Of a stretch of 64,000 bases of DNA, positions 10,701-22,115 are shown piece by piece; the first letter of the stretch is position 1; each line of letters opens with the position of its first letter. A program made the translations under genes and the position numbers. The notes under the pieces were generated by a model. That model ran no database searches, was not told the origin of the DNA, and was given only the letters and a program-made list of their open reading frames with translations. The stretch spans positions 186,001 through 250,000 of the forward strand of contig JBLDXI010000016.1 of the NCBI GenBank assembly GCA_047495785.1. The letters run 5' to 3'. The stretch is from Lepidodermella squamata (lineage: Eukaryota > Animalia > Gastrotricha).

Positions 10701-11873
10701 TCAGATGTAATCAACACTTCTCGCAACATACAGAACATAGAAATTGATCGAAACGTAGAAAACAATGGCGCCGAGAAGTGCGATGATATCAATGAATCTT
10801 CCTAAAGACATTCCGGTTTTGCTGATGCAAGCTGAGAACTTCACCGGCTTCTTGAAATGAGCCTTATAGGCCCTGATAAAGCCGCAAGATGCCAAAGCGT
10901 AAATTGTGCTAGCCCATGCGAAAAGTGAGCATAGATCTGTGTAGTTGCTCAGGAAGATTCGCTGGGGTTTAGGCGGGACTCGGGTCAAAATACTGCCCTG
11001 TAAAAATGTCAGAGCTAACAGGATAGTAACAGTAAACATCGGCCTATCGGGAATATCTGGTAACAGGAAGAAAGAAGCGATTTCCAGGCTTGACAGGACC
11101 AAACTCGGGAACATTAAGTTGTAGAGGTAAAATTCAGGTTTCCGCATGAAACGAAGTGTAAAATGGGCGGCGCTTCGATTTCCGAAAACGTTGACAAAGC
11201 TGATACTTTGGTTCCAACCTAAGTAGGTCCACTCCAAACCAGGGCTCATAAAGTTTTCATCAACTTCCGAGGCTGGATTGAGAACAAACCCAGCTGTCTT
11301 TTTGTTCTCTTGAATGACAAAAGATATCGAGCAAGACTGCGTGTCGAATGGGAACAGGCTGAAATCCATCGGGCAAAGTGAGGTGAAAACGCCTATTCGT
11401 TGCCAATAGACGGCTATGTTATCTGTGGGGATCGTCGCATCGCGGAAAAGCTGAATTCGCTCGGTAAAGCCATTCGACATAGTGAAATCGTATATCGCGT
11501 TTTTGTGGTGGATATGAGGCAGCCATACTTGGTCTCGCTGGACGTAAGCTGTCCTTGGCGAGGGTTTTGTGAAGTTTTCACACGGTGCGTGGTAATCAAT
11601 GTTCAGAGCTCCCGATAGCGTTGTTGTCTCATCCGCGTCAATAATTGTGTGAAAGCGATGGGGTAGGAAAGTAATCAACACAGGCAGCACCTCGCACCTC
11701 CCATCGATCGAATAATCACCCATCGGGCAAATGGGAGTATAGACACCTGGCAGGAAGTCGTTACAGGAGTCCAACATATCCTGGCCTATTAACAGGGCTG
11801 AACTTAGGCCATTGAACATTAAGAATCGCACGGCTAATATGAACATCATTTCACGTCGTCTAAGTAAATTCAT
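10701..11873 (-). CDS. Non-canonical Cys-loop receptor subunit, copy 4 (paralog of copy 11)
   Basis: 390-aa ORF; Cys-loop CPMDFSLFPFDTQSC; 4 TM. Confidence 0.93.
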   Translation of the reverse strand: MNLLRRREMMFILAVRFLMFNGLSSALLIGQDMLDSCNDFLPGVYTPICPMGDYSIDGRCEVLPVLITFLPHRFHTIIDADETTTLSGALNIDYHAPCENFTKPSPRTAYVQRDQVWLPHIHHKNAIYDFTMSNGFTERIQLFRDATIPTDNIAVYWQRIGVFTSLCPMDFSLFPFDTQSCSISFVIQENKKTAGFVLNPASEVDENFMSPGLEWTYLGWNQSISFVNVFGNRSAAHFTLRFMRKPEFYLYNLMFPSLVLSSLEIASFFLLPDIPDRPMFTVTILLALTFLQGSILTRVPPKPQRIFLSNYTDLCSLFAWASTIYALASCGFIRAYKAHFKKPVKFSACISKTGMSLGRFIDIIALLGAIVFYVSINFYVLYVARSVDYI

Positions 11874-12432
11874 GAGCTGTATACCTGCGTTACATACTGG
11901 TGAGAAAGCTATTGATTCCTGGCTTACTCCGGACTGAAATAGTTCATCCGGCTGAAATTATAAATCTCATGAGAATAGCCCGTTCAGAAAAAAGCAATCA
12001 CCGGTGCGGTGAGATTTCCTGGTGATATCGATATTTCCATAATATCAAAGCACTTCCACGCGATAATTTTAAACTAACACAAATTTCCTATTAAGTAAGG
12101 GAAGATGCTGGTATTGGCGGTGAAAAAAGGCTGCCCCAGATTAATGCTTAACGACGCGCGTCTTCCCAAGAACGTACAAATTGTCAAAAAGCATCGTTTC
12201 GTATTTACGCGATCTTACTGAATTACTGAATTACTCGTAGGCTCAATTTCAAATTCCTTGTCCTGGTTTATTTGCTCGTTAGGGATCGTTACAGTTAGTG
12301 AAGCTATATCACCGATAAAAAGCGGTATGGATAAGAAAATAAGAAATAGAATGACGTACCGAAAGATAAAAGACTTCGAAAACTTCAATCACAAAACAAT
12401 GCATGCCTGTGTCCCGCGAAGAAATCGTGGGA

Positions 12433-13584
12433 TTAGATGTGACCTACGGTGATAGCAACAGATAAAGCATAGCCATTGATTACAATAAACATAGTGATAG
12501 CCACTCCGAGGGCGATTAAATCGACGAATCTTCCCACGATCATTCTAGACTTTTCGAAGCTTGGCAACAGGGTAAAAGCAATCGGTCTCCTAAAAAACTG
12601 CCTGTAAGCTCTTGTGAAGCCACACGAGGCTAACGAGTAAATTGTACAGGCCCAAGCGAACAGCGTGCAAAGATCTGTGTAGCTGCTCAAGAAGCATCGC
12701 CGTGGTTTCGCCGGAATCTGGCTCAGAATGCTGCCCTGAAGAAAAGTCATGGCCAGCAGGATGGTAACAGTGAAAACCGGCCTATCGGGTATATCTGGCA
12801 GCAGAAAGAACGAAGCCACTTCAAGGCTCGAAAGAATGAAACAGGGTATCATCAGGTTGTTAATGTAGAATTCTGGCTTTCTCTTGAGATGGAAAGTAAA
12901 GTGGGCGGCGCTGCGGTTGCCGAACGCATTGATAAAGCCAACGCTTGTGTTCCATCCGAGGTAATTCCATTGTAACCCAGGGCTTATGAAATTACCATCC
13001 ACGGCCGAAACAGGACTCAGGACGAATTCTACGCAACTGCTAGTCTCTTGAAGGACGAACGACACCGTGCAGGACTGGGTATCGAAGGGGAATAGGTCAA
13101 TATCCATCGGGCACAGGGAGGTGAACACTCCAACTCGCTGCCAAAATACCCCGATCGATTCGCCAACCTTCAAGTCGCGGTAGAGATAATTTCTTCTAGT
13201 AAAGCCGTCCGACATCCCAAAATTTGTTATCGCGTTTTTGTGGTGGAAATGAGGCAGCCAAACTTTTTCTCGTTCGATGTTAGCCACAAAACGCGGTCTG
13301 CGAGTGTAGTTCTTGCAGGGTACGTAGTATTCGACATTCAAAGCTCCTGACAGTGCCATCGTCTCATCTGCGTCAATTATGGCGTGAAAGCGGTGAGGCA
13401 GGAAGATAATCTTGACCTGTAGCATTTGGCACGTCGCAAATTGCGTCTCGATGTCTCCTAACGGGCATAGCGGCGTGTAGACGCCCGGAGACAAGTGGCT
13501 ACACGCATCCAAGATTTCCTCTTCAATTAAATGAGCCGAGCCGCAAGTCAACATCATAAGAATTTGTAATACTTTTAAGCTCAT
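12433..13584 (-). CDS. Non-canonical Cys-loop receptor subunit, copy 5
   Basis: 383-aa ORF; Cys-loop CPMDIDLFPFDTQSC; 4 TM. Confidence 0.93.
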   Translation of the reverse strand: MSLKVLQILMMLTCGSAHLIEEEILDACSHLSPGVYTPLCPLGDIETQFATCQMLQVKIIFLPHRFHAIIDADETMALSGALNVEYYVPCKNYTRRPRFVANIEREKVWLPHFHHKNAITNFGMSDGFTRRNYLYRDLKVGESIGVFWQRVGVFTSLCPMDIDLFPFDTQSCTVSFVLQETSSCVEFVLSPVSAVDGNFISPGLQWNYLGWNTSVGFINAFGNRSAAHFTFHLKRKPEFYINNLMIPCFILSSLEVASFFLLPDIPDRPVFTVTILLAMTFLQGSILSQIPAKPRRCFLSSYTDLCTLFAWACTIYSLASCGFTRAYRQFFRRPIAFTLLPSFEKSRMIVGRFVDLIALGVAITMFIVINGYALSVAITVGHI

Positions 13585-14312
13585 CTTCTAAGATTTTTGA
13601 ACTAAAAACCGAAACCGATTAGTGGTTACGTGGATGATGAGCGCTTATTGTTTGATTAGGATTCGATTTACATGCGAGATCATTGCGAGCGCATTCAGCC
13701 GATGAGGCCCCGAATCTGTTTATCTTGCATTTTCCGTCCCCGCCGATGTTTATTCGCCTCGCATCCGCTAAATGGCACCGAGTTTAACGAACGAACTTCG
13801 CGTAATATTAACAATGTAAAAATCATCGATAATTCTGCCAACTTATCCATTTTATGACAGTAAATAATCGGTGATTTGAAAATTGCATTTCAAGCAAGAG
13901 GAAATGATATTCAAAATTATTGCCTAGAGATCGTTGTGTGAGGGGTGAGGCTTTTCACGACCCGCACTTTTTATCTGCATTATCTGACTTTTTATTGTCA
14001 TTATCTGCACCAGGTCCAGTAACCAATCTCTGAAAAGTCGTCATTAGTCCTAGTCTTGAATACTGTCTTTTTAGGCTATTTTATTATTGCAAAAGAATCA
14101 AGCCAAATTGGGTACAAGGTGCGGGAAATGGAAATCGAAAAATTTCTGGTCAGTTCACAAAAGCTATTACAAAAGCACAAGGTGAATCATTTTTTAAGGG
14201 AGATGATTTGGCGTCAGTCCCTTGGCGTGAGAGTAATCATGCTAGACTAGAAAATAGTTATGTTTAGAGAATCTAGAGGCACAATTCGAATCGCTACCTA
14301 AAATTGCAACAT

Positions 14313-15449
14313 CTAGCGCTGTATATAGCTCGCTGCAACCGACAAAGCATAGATATTAATCCCGATGAAGAAAATTAAAGTGGCTAAAAGTGCTATTAGG
14401 TCAATAAATCTACCCAACGTGATCGTAAACCATGGCAGAAATTTAACTGGCTTCTTGAAGAACGATTTGTACGTTCTTGTAACGCCACAAGCCGCCAACG
14501 AGTACGCTGTACAAACCCAAGAAAACAAAGCGCACAAATCAGTGTAATTACTAAGAAAAATGCGTTGAGGTTTAGGTGGGACGCGACTGAGAATATTCCC
14601 CTGCAAAACAGTCATAGCCAACATGACTGTGACCGTAAAAGCTGGCCTATCAGGTATATTAGGCAATAGAAAGAAAGCAACTAGTTCTAGACTAGAGAGA
14701 ACCAGACATTGGATCATTAGGTTGTAGATGTAGAATTGAGGCTTCCGTTGGAAATGAAGCGTGAAATGGGCTGCACTTCGATTTCCGAAAACGTTGATAG
14801 AGTCAATACTCTGATTCCAGCCTAGGTAGATCCACTCCAAGCCAGGGCCCATGAAATAAGGGTCTACCAATGAATCATTGCTGGGAACAAGAACGGCTGC
14901 TTTGATGTTCTCTTGGAGGATGAACGACACGGTACAAGCCTGCGTGTCAAACGGGAACATTTCGAAATCCATCGCGCACAGCGACGTGAAAACACCGACT
15001 CGTTGCCAATAATTTGAAATGTTAGCATAGGGGGTACCCGCGTCGCGGTATAGCACTATCCGCTCAGAAAAGCCGTTTGTCATTGAAAATTCCGATATAG
15101 CATTCTTGTGTAGTAAATGAGGCAGCCATACTTGATTCTGTTGGGCGTAGACATTATGAGTGGCCGGCCGGGTGTAGTTCTCACAGGGAGCGAGCCATCG
15201 AAGGGTCAAAGCGGCTGACATTGCCGTTGTCTCATCTGCATCGATGATAGTGTGGAAACGATGCGGCTGCAGTCCGATTCTAATTTGAAGCGGGGTACAT
15301 TTATTCGGCCCTTCGTAATTGCCGAACGGGCAGCTGGGGTTGAAGACGCCTGGCAGCAAGTTGCTGCATGATTCAATCATTTCACCGATAGTCTGAGCTG
15401 AAATTGGCGTAGTTAGAGCCAATAGAACAAAAGTTAATTTCAATATCAT
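14313..15449 (-). CDS. Non-canonical Cys-loop receptor subunit, copy 6
   Basis: 378-aa ORF; Cys-loop CAMDFEMFPFDTQAC; 4 TM. Confidence 0.93.
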   Translation of the reverse strand: MILKLTFVLLALTTPISAQTIGEMIESCSNLLPGVFNPSCPFGNYEGPNKCTPLQIRIGLQPHRFHTIIDADETTAMSAALTLRWLAPCENYTRPATHNVYAQQNQVWLPHLLHKNAISEFSMTNGFSERIVLYRDAGTPYANISNYWQRVGVFTSLCAMDFEMFPFDTQACTVSFILQENIKAAVLVPSNDSLVDPYFMGPGLEWIYLGWNQSIDSINVFGNRSAAHFTLHFQRKPQFYIYNLMIQCLVLSSLELVAFFLLPNIPDRPAFTVTVMLAMTVLQGNILSRVPPKPQRIFLSNYTDLCALFSWVCTAYSLAACGVTRTYKSFFKKPVKFLPWFTITLGRFIDLIALLATLIFFIGINIYALSVAASYIQR

Positions 15450-15860
15450 ATCGAAAATGAAATGAGAACAATCAAAGATTTATTTAGCCCCGTGGATGCA
15501 TAGGTCAGACCAATAGACTATTTTTTCAAACTCAAACATACTATCCTATTTGCACGTTGAAAAAAAACAGAACCCAGCCTATTCCCGTTTTTGCGCAACC
15601 AGCGGTATCACTCTATTTGCTAAGCAATTGGGCTGTTATCGTAAATTCCGCCATTGTTGTAAAGCAGTTAGGTAAGCAGGATATATCAGCACTCAAAGGT
15701 TCGATCGATTCTAAGCTGAAAATGTCAACTCATTCATATTTTTCTTTATTTCATCTAGAATTTTCCGAGGATTCAGCCGATACTTCAAATTTCAGAAATA
15801 AATCAGAAAAAGTAATTATTTAAGCAACTTATTAAATGAATTTTAGCTAAATGTTTGAGT

Positions 15861-17006
15861 TCAGATTTGGCCATATCTTTTTGCAATCATCAGTGCATAG
15901 CCGTTTATTGCCAAGAAGAAAATCATAGTAGCTGCGAGTGCGAAAAGATCGATAAATCTGCCAATCGTCATCCCAGTTTTACCGATGCATGGCAAGAATT
16001 TTGCTGGTTTCTTGAAGAAAGGCTTATAGGCCCTAGTGAAGCCGCAAGATGCCAAAGAGTAAATAGTGCAAGCCCACGCGAACAACGAGCAAAGATCAGT
16101 GTAGTTACTAAGGAAAATTCGTTGAGGTTTGGGCGGAATTCGGCTCAGAATACTTCCCTGAAGAAAGGTCATAGCCAACAGGATAGTTACCGCGAAAACA
16201 GGCCTATCGGGTATATCCGGCAGTAGGAAAAACGCAGCTATCTCAAGGCTCGATAGAACTAAACAAGGTACCATCAAGTTGTAGAGATAGAATTCAGGTT
16301 TCCGCTGGAAATGAAACGTATAATGCGCGGCGCTTCGATTGCCAAACACGTTGATGAAGCTGAGACTTTGGTTCCAACCCAGGTAGTTCCACTGTAAACC
16401 TGGGCTCATGAAATTATCATCAACTGACGACGTACGGCTCAGAGCGAATACCACTGCGTTGATGTTCTCCTGCATCACAAAGGAAACTGAACAATACTGC
16501 GAGTCGAAAGGGAACAGGCTGAAATCCATCGGGCATAGAGAGGTGAACACGCCAACCCGTTGCCAGTAGACGCCTATCGAGGTTCTGGTGGTATTGTCAC
16601 GATAGAAAAATACTCTATCAGTGAAGCCACTCGACATCGAAAAGTCAGAAATCGCGTTTTTGTGGTGAAAATGAGGAGCCCAGATCTGGTCACGCTGAAC
16701 GTAGGCTCTTAGCGTTGGGGGCCTAGTGTAGTTCTCACACGGTACGATCCATTCAGCGACTATGGCCCCTGATACTGTTGTGGTCTCATCTTCGTCAACG
16801 ATTGTGTGGAACCGATGTGGTATGAAGCCGATGTTAACTTTGAATATTTTGCATTTGCCTGGTACGTCGTAATCACCCTCAGGGCAGAGTGGGGAATAGT
16901 ACGCAGGCAGCAAGCTGACACAGGAGTCTAGGATTTCTTGACTTATGAATTGAGCTGTGCTGCTGATGGCCAGAAACCACAGAGCGAAAACTGAAATAGG
17001 TAACAT
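15861..17006 (-). CDS. Non-canonical Cys-loop receptor subunit, copy 7
   Basis: 381-aa ORF; Cys-loop CPMDFSLFPFDSQYC; 4 TM. Confidence 0.93.
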   Translation of the reverse strand: MLPISVFALWFLAISSTAQFISQEILDSCVSLLPAYYSPLCPEGDYDVPGKCKIFKVNIGFIPHRFHTIVDEDETTTVSGAIVAEWIVPCENYTRPPTLRAYVQRDQIWAPHFHHKNAISDFSMSSGFTDRVFFYRDNTTRTSIGVYWQRVGVFTSLCPMDFSLFPFDSQYCSVSFVMQENINAVVFALSRTSSVDDNFMSPGLQWNYLGWNQSLSFINVFGNRSAAHYTFHFQRKPEFYLYNLMVPCLVLSSLEIAAFFLLPDIPDRPVFAVTILLAMTFLQGSILSRIPPKPQRIFLSNYTDLCSLFAWACTIYSLASCGFTRAYKPFFKKPAKFLPCIGKTGMTIGRFIDLFALAATMIFFLAINGYALMIAKRYGQI

Positions 17007-17766
17007 TCCACACTGTTAGTTGAATAATAGAGCAGAAATCTGTTTTAGCTAATGCAGTATGCATTGGATGTTGTTCTGCTGAGTGACTGGAGTTCGATTG
17101 ATTATTTCATTCCTTGCACGAGGTAGTGTCTAAATTTGTTAATTATTAATTATATTAACTCCGTACTCCGTAAATGATTATCTGAGCTCCCGTGGTATTG
17201 CCGATCATGCATAGGCCGATCAATCGAGTCTGGTCTGGCATGAATTCAATTTTGCATTATTTGGAATTGAAATGTACGTCGTTGCCACTTGGCTTTCTAT
17301 GTTTGGGCGGTAAACAGTTAAGAGCAGGATGCAAGACCTGTAAAAGCATTTTCATACCCTTTTAATCTCGATGACTTTCGCGTTTCGAACTTCCTGACGT
17401 GAGTGACAGGGCGTTGGTTTTCGTTCGGAAAATGACTATCGAAAATTCACCGTTACGTTATGAAATGCGAATGGCAGGTTTTAGTGTTTGATGTCCACTG
17501 TCCGCCCACCCTAGAAGAGCTTTTCATTTCCCGAAAAAAATGACGCCCTATTTATTTTTGAGCTATGCAGATTTCAAAACCTTACAACACACACATGTTC
17601 GTGATAGAGGTTGAAGAGGGAAAGTGGGCGATCAAGCTTTTCGAAAAGTCCGGTTAAGAAATAGGTTGAAACTAACTCACCGACATCACGCATTTTATCC
17701 GTCTTTTCCGGCATTCAACTCATTTGAAGAAGGAAAACCTAGGAATTCTCAATAATTACATCAGCA

Positions 17767-20312
17767 ATGCAACTGTTTCCAAAACTTTTTTTACTGATCG
17801 GTCATGCTATGCCAATACTGGCAATGAAGACCTTCAACATATCGCTGTTGGCCCCGATATCGTTCACGGGTAATCCACCAGCAACAGGTGTGGCTTGTAA
17901 AATCGCCTCTGATATTGTTGTTAACGCGGTGAACAATCAATCAGAAATTCTACCCGACTATCACATCGCTGTACAGTACGTTGATGAAGCTGCTGGAATT
18001 CTCGCAGCCAAGGCTGGGCTGGATTTCTATCGAAGTTTCGAAAATCAGCAAAAACTCAACTCTTATCAATCACCAGTGATTGCCGGCCCAAACTTTTCGA
18101 ACGGCTGCAAGGTGCTGGGGCCGATTTTGCACGAGCTCAACTCCGTGGGCATATCTAGTCGCTGCACAGCTTCATTTCTCACCGATCGAAACATCTACAA
18201 GAACTTGTATTTGATGCGATTGACAAGCAACTTGGTTTCATTCGCTCAAATGCGGTTCATAATAGATGTTGGGAAATGGCAGCGCATCGGAATAATAACG
18301 AATGTGGCTAGTGTTTCGGATTACCCAGCCGCCGCAATTTTACAACGTCTCGCCCTAGAACAGGCAAATGTCTCGGTGCCATATTTTGATATGGTGTCTG
18401 AAATGAATGATGAGTACTTCATAGCAATGAAAAAGACCGATGTTAGAGTTTTCGCAATTATTACTGGAGTCGGAAAGCTAGTCTGGGGGTTTTTCTGCCA
18501 AGCTTTCAAATTTGGCATAACCGGTCCGAGATATACTTTCATTCTTATAGGGGCAGGCTTCAGTGACCCCGCTGCTCTGCCGGATCCAGTATTACCGGAT
18601 TGCCGTCGGGCTGTAGTAGCTGAGCAAATGAAAGTAAGTTCAACTAGCTTTGCTAAGGATAAGCATTAGTGAAAGGTTCCCGTAATTTTAGAAATATTCA
18701 TTGCATAAAGCAACTTTTTTCCTAACTGTTTTAAAAGCGAAGTCGAAATGTAGAACACTTCTTTGCTTTTTTTCAAAGCATAACGTGCGTAAATTCTACT
18801 TCATATTTTTCACAGCTCGCCTTTTGGTCATCGCTGAGCACGGTCACCATGGAACCTACATTGAAAATAGCCCTAGGATACAATCTGCCAGAGTTCGACG
18901 CCACTTTCAATCGATACTCGAATAACACGCGACCGGTCGATTACGAAAATCGTGTTTCCTGTCACGACAACATCCTTCAGGCTGTGATGACACTTCACGA
19001 GTCAGAGAAAGCGCTTAAAGCGCAGAATCTATCCCTACGCAATATGCGTGATCAACCTGAACGCGTCATGCATGTCGTAAACAAAACAGCCCTCTCTATC
19101 GATTATTTAGGACTGCGAATGGGTAGGCTGAAATATAATAGCCGGGGAGAAGTAGACGGGGATGTTATGACGGTGAACCAGTGGACCCCCAACTCGGGTT
19201 ACCAGATTTTGTATACTGTCCATCAGTACCCTAACACCTCAGCTAGCTCCCTTTCGAGCTATTGGATGAAGAAATATCGCGATCCTTCTTGGCAAACCCA
19301 GAATAGTGAACCTCCCAAAGATAGGGCGACTGTAAGAACGGAAATGGAAGAGATTCCGAAAGAGATCGTTTACATCACTGGAACCATTGCTTCTATTGCA
19401 AGCATCTTCCAGATTGGAGGGATCTGTAAGATTCTCAAAAGAGCGAGGTTAAATAAGGACCTTCACAGGCTGAAGTTGCTTGGAATGGTTGGAGCTATTG
19501 TTATGGATGCTGCTTCGATTGTGTTCTCGATGCAAACGTCTTCATCGCCATTAATTCTGTGGAAGCTGAGGCTAGTATTGGTAGTACTCAGCTTTGGCCT
19601 AGTAAATGGAACTCTGAATTTTCGCCCGGTTCTCATATTGCTGAAATCTGAGAAGAAAGGGCGACAATCCTCGAAGGCCAATAGCGAGATAAGTCAAACT
19701 TCGGATGGTAGTGTTGTTTCTCGACGAGGGAAGGCACTGCGAATGATTAATTTCAAAACTAAATTCAACGAATATGCAGGATCTCGCCCAGCTTCCACGA
19801 TGACAACATCCTCCCAGCTTCTTATGATGAACATTGATTTCAAAGCAACGGATAAATTGAGCTTCAAATGTGTTTTGGGTTTCACGTTAGTTAATTCAGC
19901 TCTCGTTGGATTCTGGTTAGTGAGTGATCCCCTGCGATGTGTTATCATGAATGAAGTTCCAGAATACTTTGTTGAAAATGACCTGGTAATCGAAAAGTTC
20001 TACTGGATTTGCGAATCTGACGGAAATCACTCTAAATGGCTTATATCGCTTCTGTCTCTCAATGCTGGTATGTTAATAGTTGGCTGCATTTCGACTTTGA
20101 GGCTGAAATTCAATGGCAGGTCTACAGTGCCTGAGATGAAACCAATGTCTCTTGGTCTGGCTAATTTTACGTTGATTTTCGTCGGTAGCATTCTCATTCT
20201 TGCTTCTGTTGACGAGATAGTTGCTCAGGAAATCACCATAGCTTTTGCTCTCCTGTTTATTTCATCAACAACTTCAGCAACTTGGCTTTACCCGCCGCTA
20301 TCAGTAACTTGA
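17767..20312 (+). CDS. Divergent GABA-B-type class C GPCR (Venus-flytrap + 7TM), 2 exons (17767-18633, 18816-20312), ~787 aa
   Basis: Signal peptide; ANF-receptor-type start (VNNQSEILPDYHI..IAGPNFS..WQRIGII..FCQAFKFGITGPRYTFIL); AAA|gtaagt...ttttcacag|CTC intron joins the two ORFs in frame; seven hydrophobic helices with GABA-B hallmarks (W..SDPL, CES, TM7 ending YPP); no Cys-rich domain. Confidence 0.82.
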
Positions 20313-20966
20313 ATGTTATGCTGCAACATAAATGGGTATGGTCGATTAGAGATCAATCGTTCTTAGTAAAGGATGGAACGCCCAATTTAAATTATTGTTC
20401 TACCATGATGGACATGAACAGCTATATTCAGTGAATCTCTTCTGAACCGCATCTAAATTACCGCATTGAGCATTAATTCCAACTAGACTCAAAACCTGGA
20501 TTTCAATTTGTCGTTCCATAGCCGTCACTAAGCCAGCATACTGGGTCTTGTGCTCGTTGCTCGTTGGCGGCTTCCTTTTTTGATCGATTTACACACACAA
20601 AAATCGCTGTTTGAATCATGAATCATGAATTATGAAAACATATTTGTGACCGGGTTTTGTTCATCGTCATTGCGGCATTGCTTTTATAAAGATGTTACAG
20701 CCTTTAAGACACTGCTGTAATCTGTAATAATAAGCTTTTTATTTCAAATTGATTAATTCAAACTAACCTATTACGGCATGAGTAATTTCAAACAAATATT
20801 CATTTCTAATATTCAGATCTGAGTCATTCATGGAACTCTACTAAAGCGAAGTTGTTATCACACAGAGACAAATCAGTCCAATTAGGTTAAAGTCCAAGTC
20901 CTAAAAGCGGGCAAAGTTTTGTTTAGTTTCTTAATCCTTTTTGTGTGACTGATTCGTAAACGAATT

Positions 20967-22115
20967 CTATAAGTATCCAACGCTAGCAGCGACTGCCAAC
21001 GCATAACCATTTATTCCGATGTAGAAAATGATCGCGGCTAACAGCGCCAAGATATCGATGAATCGACCCAAAGTCAAGCCAACCACTGTAAACCAAGGCA
21101 GAAATTTGACTGGCTTCTTAAAAAACGATTTGTACGTCCTCGTGAAGCCACAAGCCGCTAAAGAGTAGGCTGTGCAAATCCACGCGAACAACGCACATAG
21201 ATCTGTGTAATTGCTCAGGAAGATGCGTTGAGGCTTAGGCGGGACCCGGTTAAGAATATTCCCCTGCAAAACAGTCATCGCCAACATGACAGTGACAGTA
21301 AAGGCTGGCCTATCGGGGATATCAGGTAAGAGGAAGAAGGAAGCTAGTTCTAGGCTGGATAGAACGAAGCACGGGATCATTAGGTTGTTGATGTAGAACT
21401 GAGGCTTCCGTTGGAAATAAAGCGTGAAATGGGCTACGCTTCGATTGCCGAAAACATTGATCGAAGTGATAGTCTGATTCCAGCCAAGGTAGATCCACTC
21501 CAAACCAGCGCCTATGAAAAACGAGTCTACCACCGATTCATTGCTAGGAACTAGGACGCATGCGTTGATGTTCTCTTGAAGAATGAACGATACAGTGCAA
21601 GCTTGCGTATCGAATGGGAACATTTCGAAATCCATCGGGCAGAGCGATGTGAAAACACCTACTCGTTGCCAATAGTTGCCTATGTTAGGATATAGGGCAT
21701 CCGTGCTGCGGTAAAGTACTCGTCGCTCAGCGAAACCCTCGGAAAAGTCTGAAATAGCGTTTTTGTGCAGTAAATGGGGCAGCCATACTTGATTCTGTTG
21801 GGCGTAGACATTATGAGTGGCTGGCCGGGTGTAGTTCTCACAGGGAGCGAACCATCGAAGGGTCAAAGCGGCTGACATTGCCGTTGTCTCATCTGCATCG
21901 ATTATAGTGTGGAAACGATGCGGCTGCAGTCCGATTCTAATTTGAAGCGGGGTACATTTATTCGGCCCTTCGTAATTGCCGAACGGGCAGCTGGGGTTGT
22001 AGACGCCTGGTAGCAAATTGCTGCACGATTCCAGCATCTCGTCGACTGTTTGTGCTGAAATGGTCGCCACCAGCGTCAAATATGCAAATAGCAGGCTTTT
22101 TTGTAAGTTGATCAT
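20967..22115 (-). CDS. Non-canonical Cys-loop receptor subunit, copy 8 (mosaic relative of copies 3/6)
   Basis: Likely start ATG at 22115 (MINLQKSLL, signal peptide); Cys-loop CPMDFEMFPFDTQAC; 4 TM. Confidence 0.92.
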   Translation of the reverse strand: MINLQKSLLFAYLTLVATISAQTVDEMLESCSNLLPGVYNPSCPFGNYEGPNKCTPLQIRIGLQPHRFHTIIDADETTAMSAALTLRWFAPCENYTRPATHNVYAQQNQVWLPHLLHKNAISDFSEGFAERRVLYRSTDALYPNIGNYWQRVGVFTSLCPMDFEMFPFDTQACTVSFILQENINACVLVPSNESVVDSFFIGAGLEWIYLGWNQTITSINVFGNRSVAHFTLYFQRKPQFYINNLMIPCFVLSSLELASFFLLPDIPDRPAFTVTVMLAMTVLQGNILNRVPPKPQRIFLSNYTDLCALFAWICTAYSLAACGFTRTYKSFFKKPVKFLPWFTVVGLTLGRFIDILALLAAIIFYIGINGYALAVAASVGYL

